Assembly (NCBI RefSeq): GCF_018350175.1 | Contig: NC_058368.1 | Coordinates: 133,240,001-133,304,000 of the forward strand | Length of the DNA stretch: 64,000 nucleotides | DNA from: Felis catus | Taxonomy: Eukaryota | Direction of reading: 5' to 3' | Part shown: piece by piece, positions 63,836-64,000 of the stretch | Numbering within the stretch: position 1 is the stretch's first letter | Layout of the letters: each line of letters opens with the position of its first letter | Notes under the pieces: generated by a model | The model's database searches: none | Seen by the model: only the letters and a program-made list of their open reading frames with translations | Told to the model about the DNA's origin: nothing | Program-made: the position numbers and the translations under genes

Positions 63836-64000
63836 AAGACAGAAGTTCCTAATATTAAAGAGTACCTAGGTACCAATCCATCTGAGCCAGTAGATGCTAA
63901 GAATTGCCTACTGCCTGTGAATGCACGAATAATCACCCTGGCAGGGTGCTCTTCAGGGCCTGCTTTGTGGCTGTCTTTTGAAAAGCTGAGCAGGGATAGA

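Noticed and set aside
1..64000. SINE heads as tRNA genes; SINE strand bias (16 minus vs 11 plus) as evidence of a host gene
   Set aside because: The heads are tRNA-derived SINE promoters followed by SINE bodies; the bias is too small to be informative.
1..64000. CRISPR arrays, operons or prokaryotic defence systems
   Set aside because: The sequence is mammalian; there are no regularly spaced repeats or gene-dense ORFs.

Overview
Mammalian, non-coding, repeat-dense DNA. About 27 tRNA-derived CAN-SINEs (several near-identical young felid-type copies) and two young felid-type L1 3' ends indicate a felid (cat-like) genome. I found no host protein-coding exon, rRNA, tRNA, CRISPR array or CpG-island promoter, so this is probably intergenic or deep intronic sequence. 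All recognisable ORFs are transposon-derived: L1 ORF2, Tigger1 and Blackjack transposases, and ERV-L integrase. The main structure is a ~9.4 kb four-level nest at 25741-35122: a near full-length hAT-Blackjack transposon contains an internally deleted L1M, which contains a full-length Tigger1, which contains four SINEs. Other points are a (CTG)8(CTT)16 repeat born at an L1 tail, inverted SINE pairs, an ERV-L remnant ending at a possible retrocopy, a possible inversion and a few candidate regulatory motif clusters. I see no support for a new multi-gene system. Repeat family names come from recalled consensus motifs, not a database search, and old-repeat boundaries are approximate.
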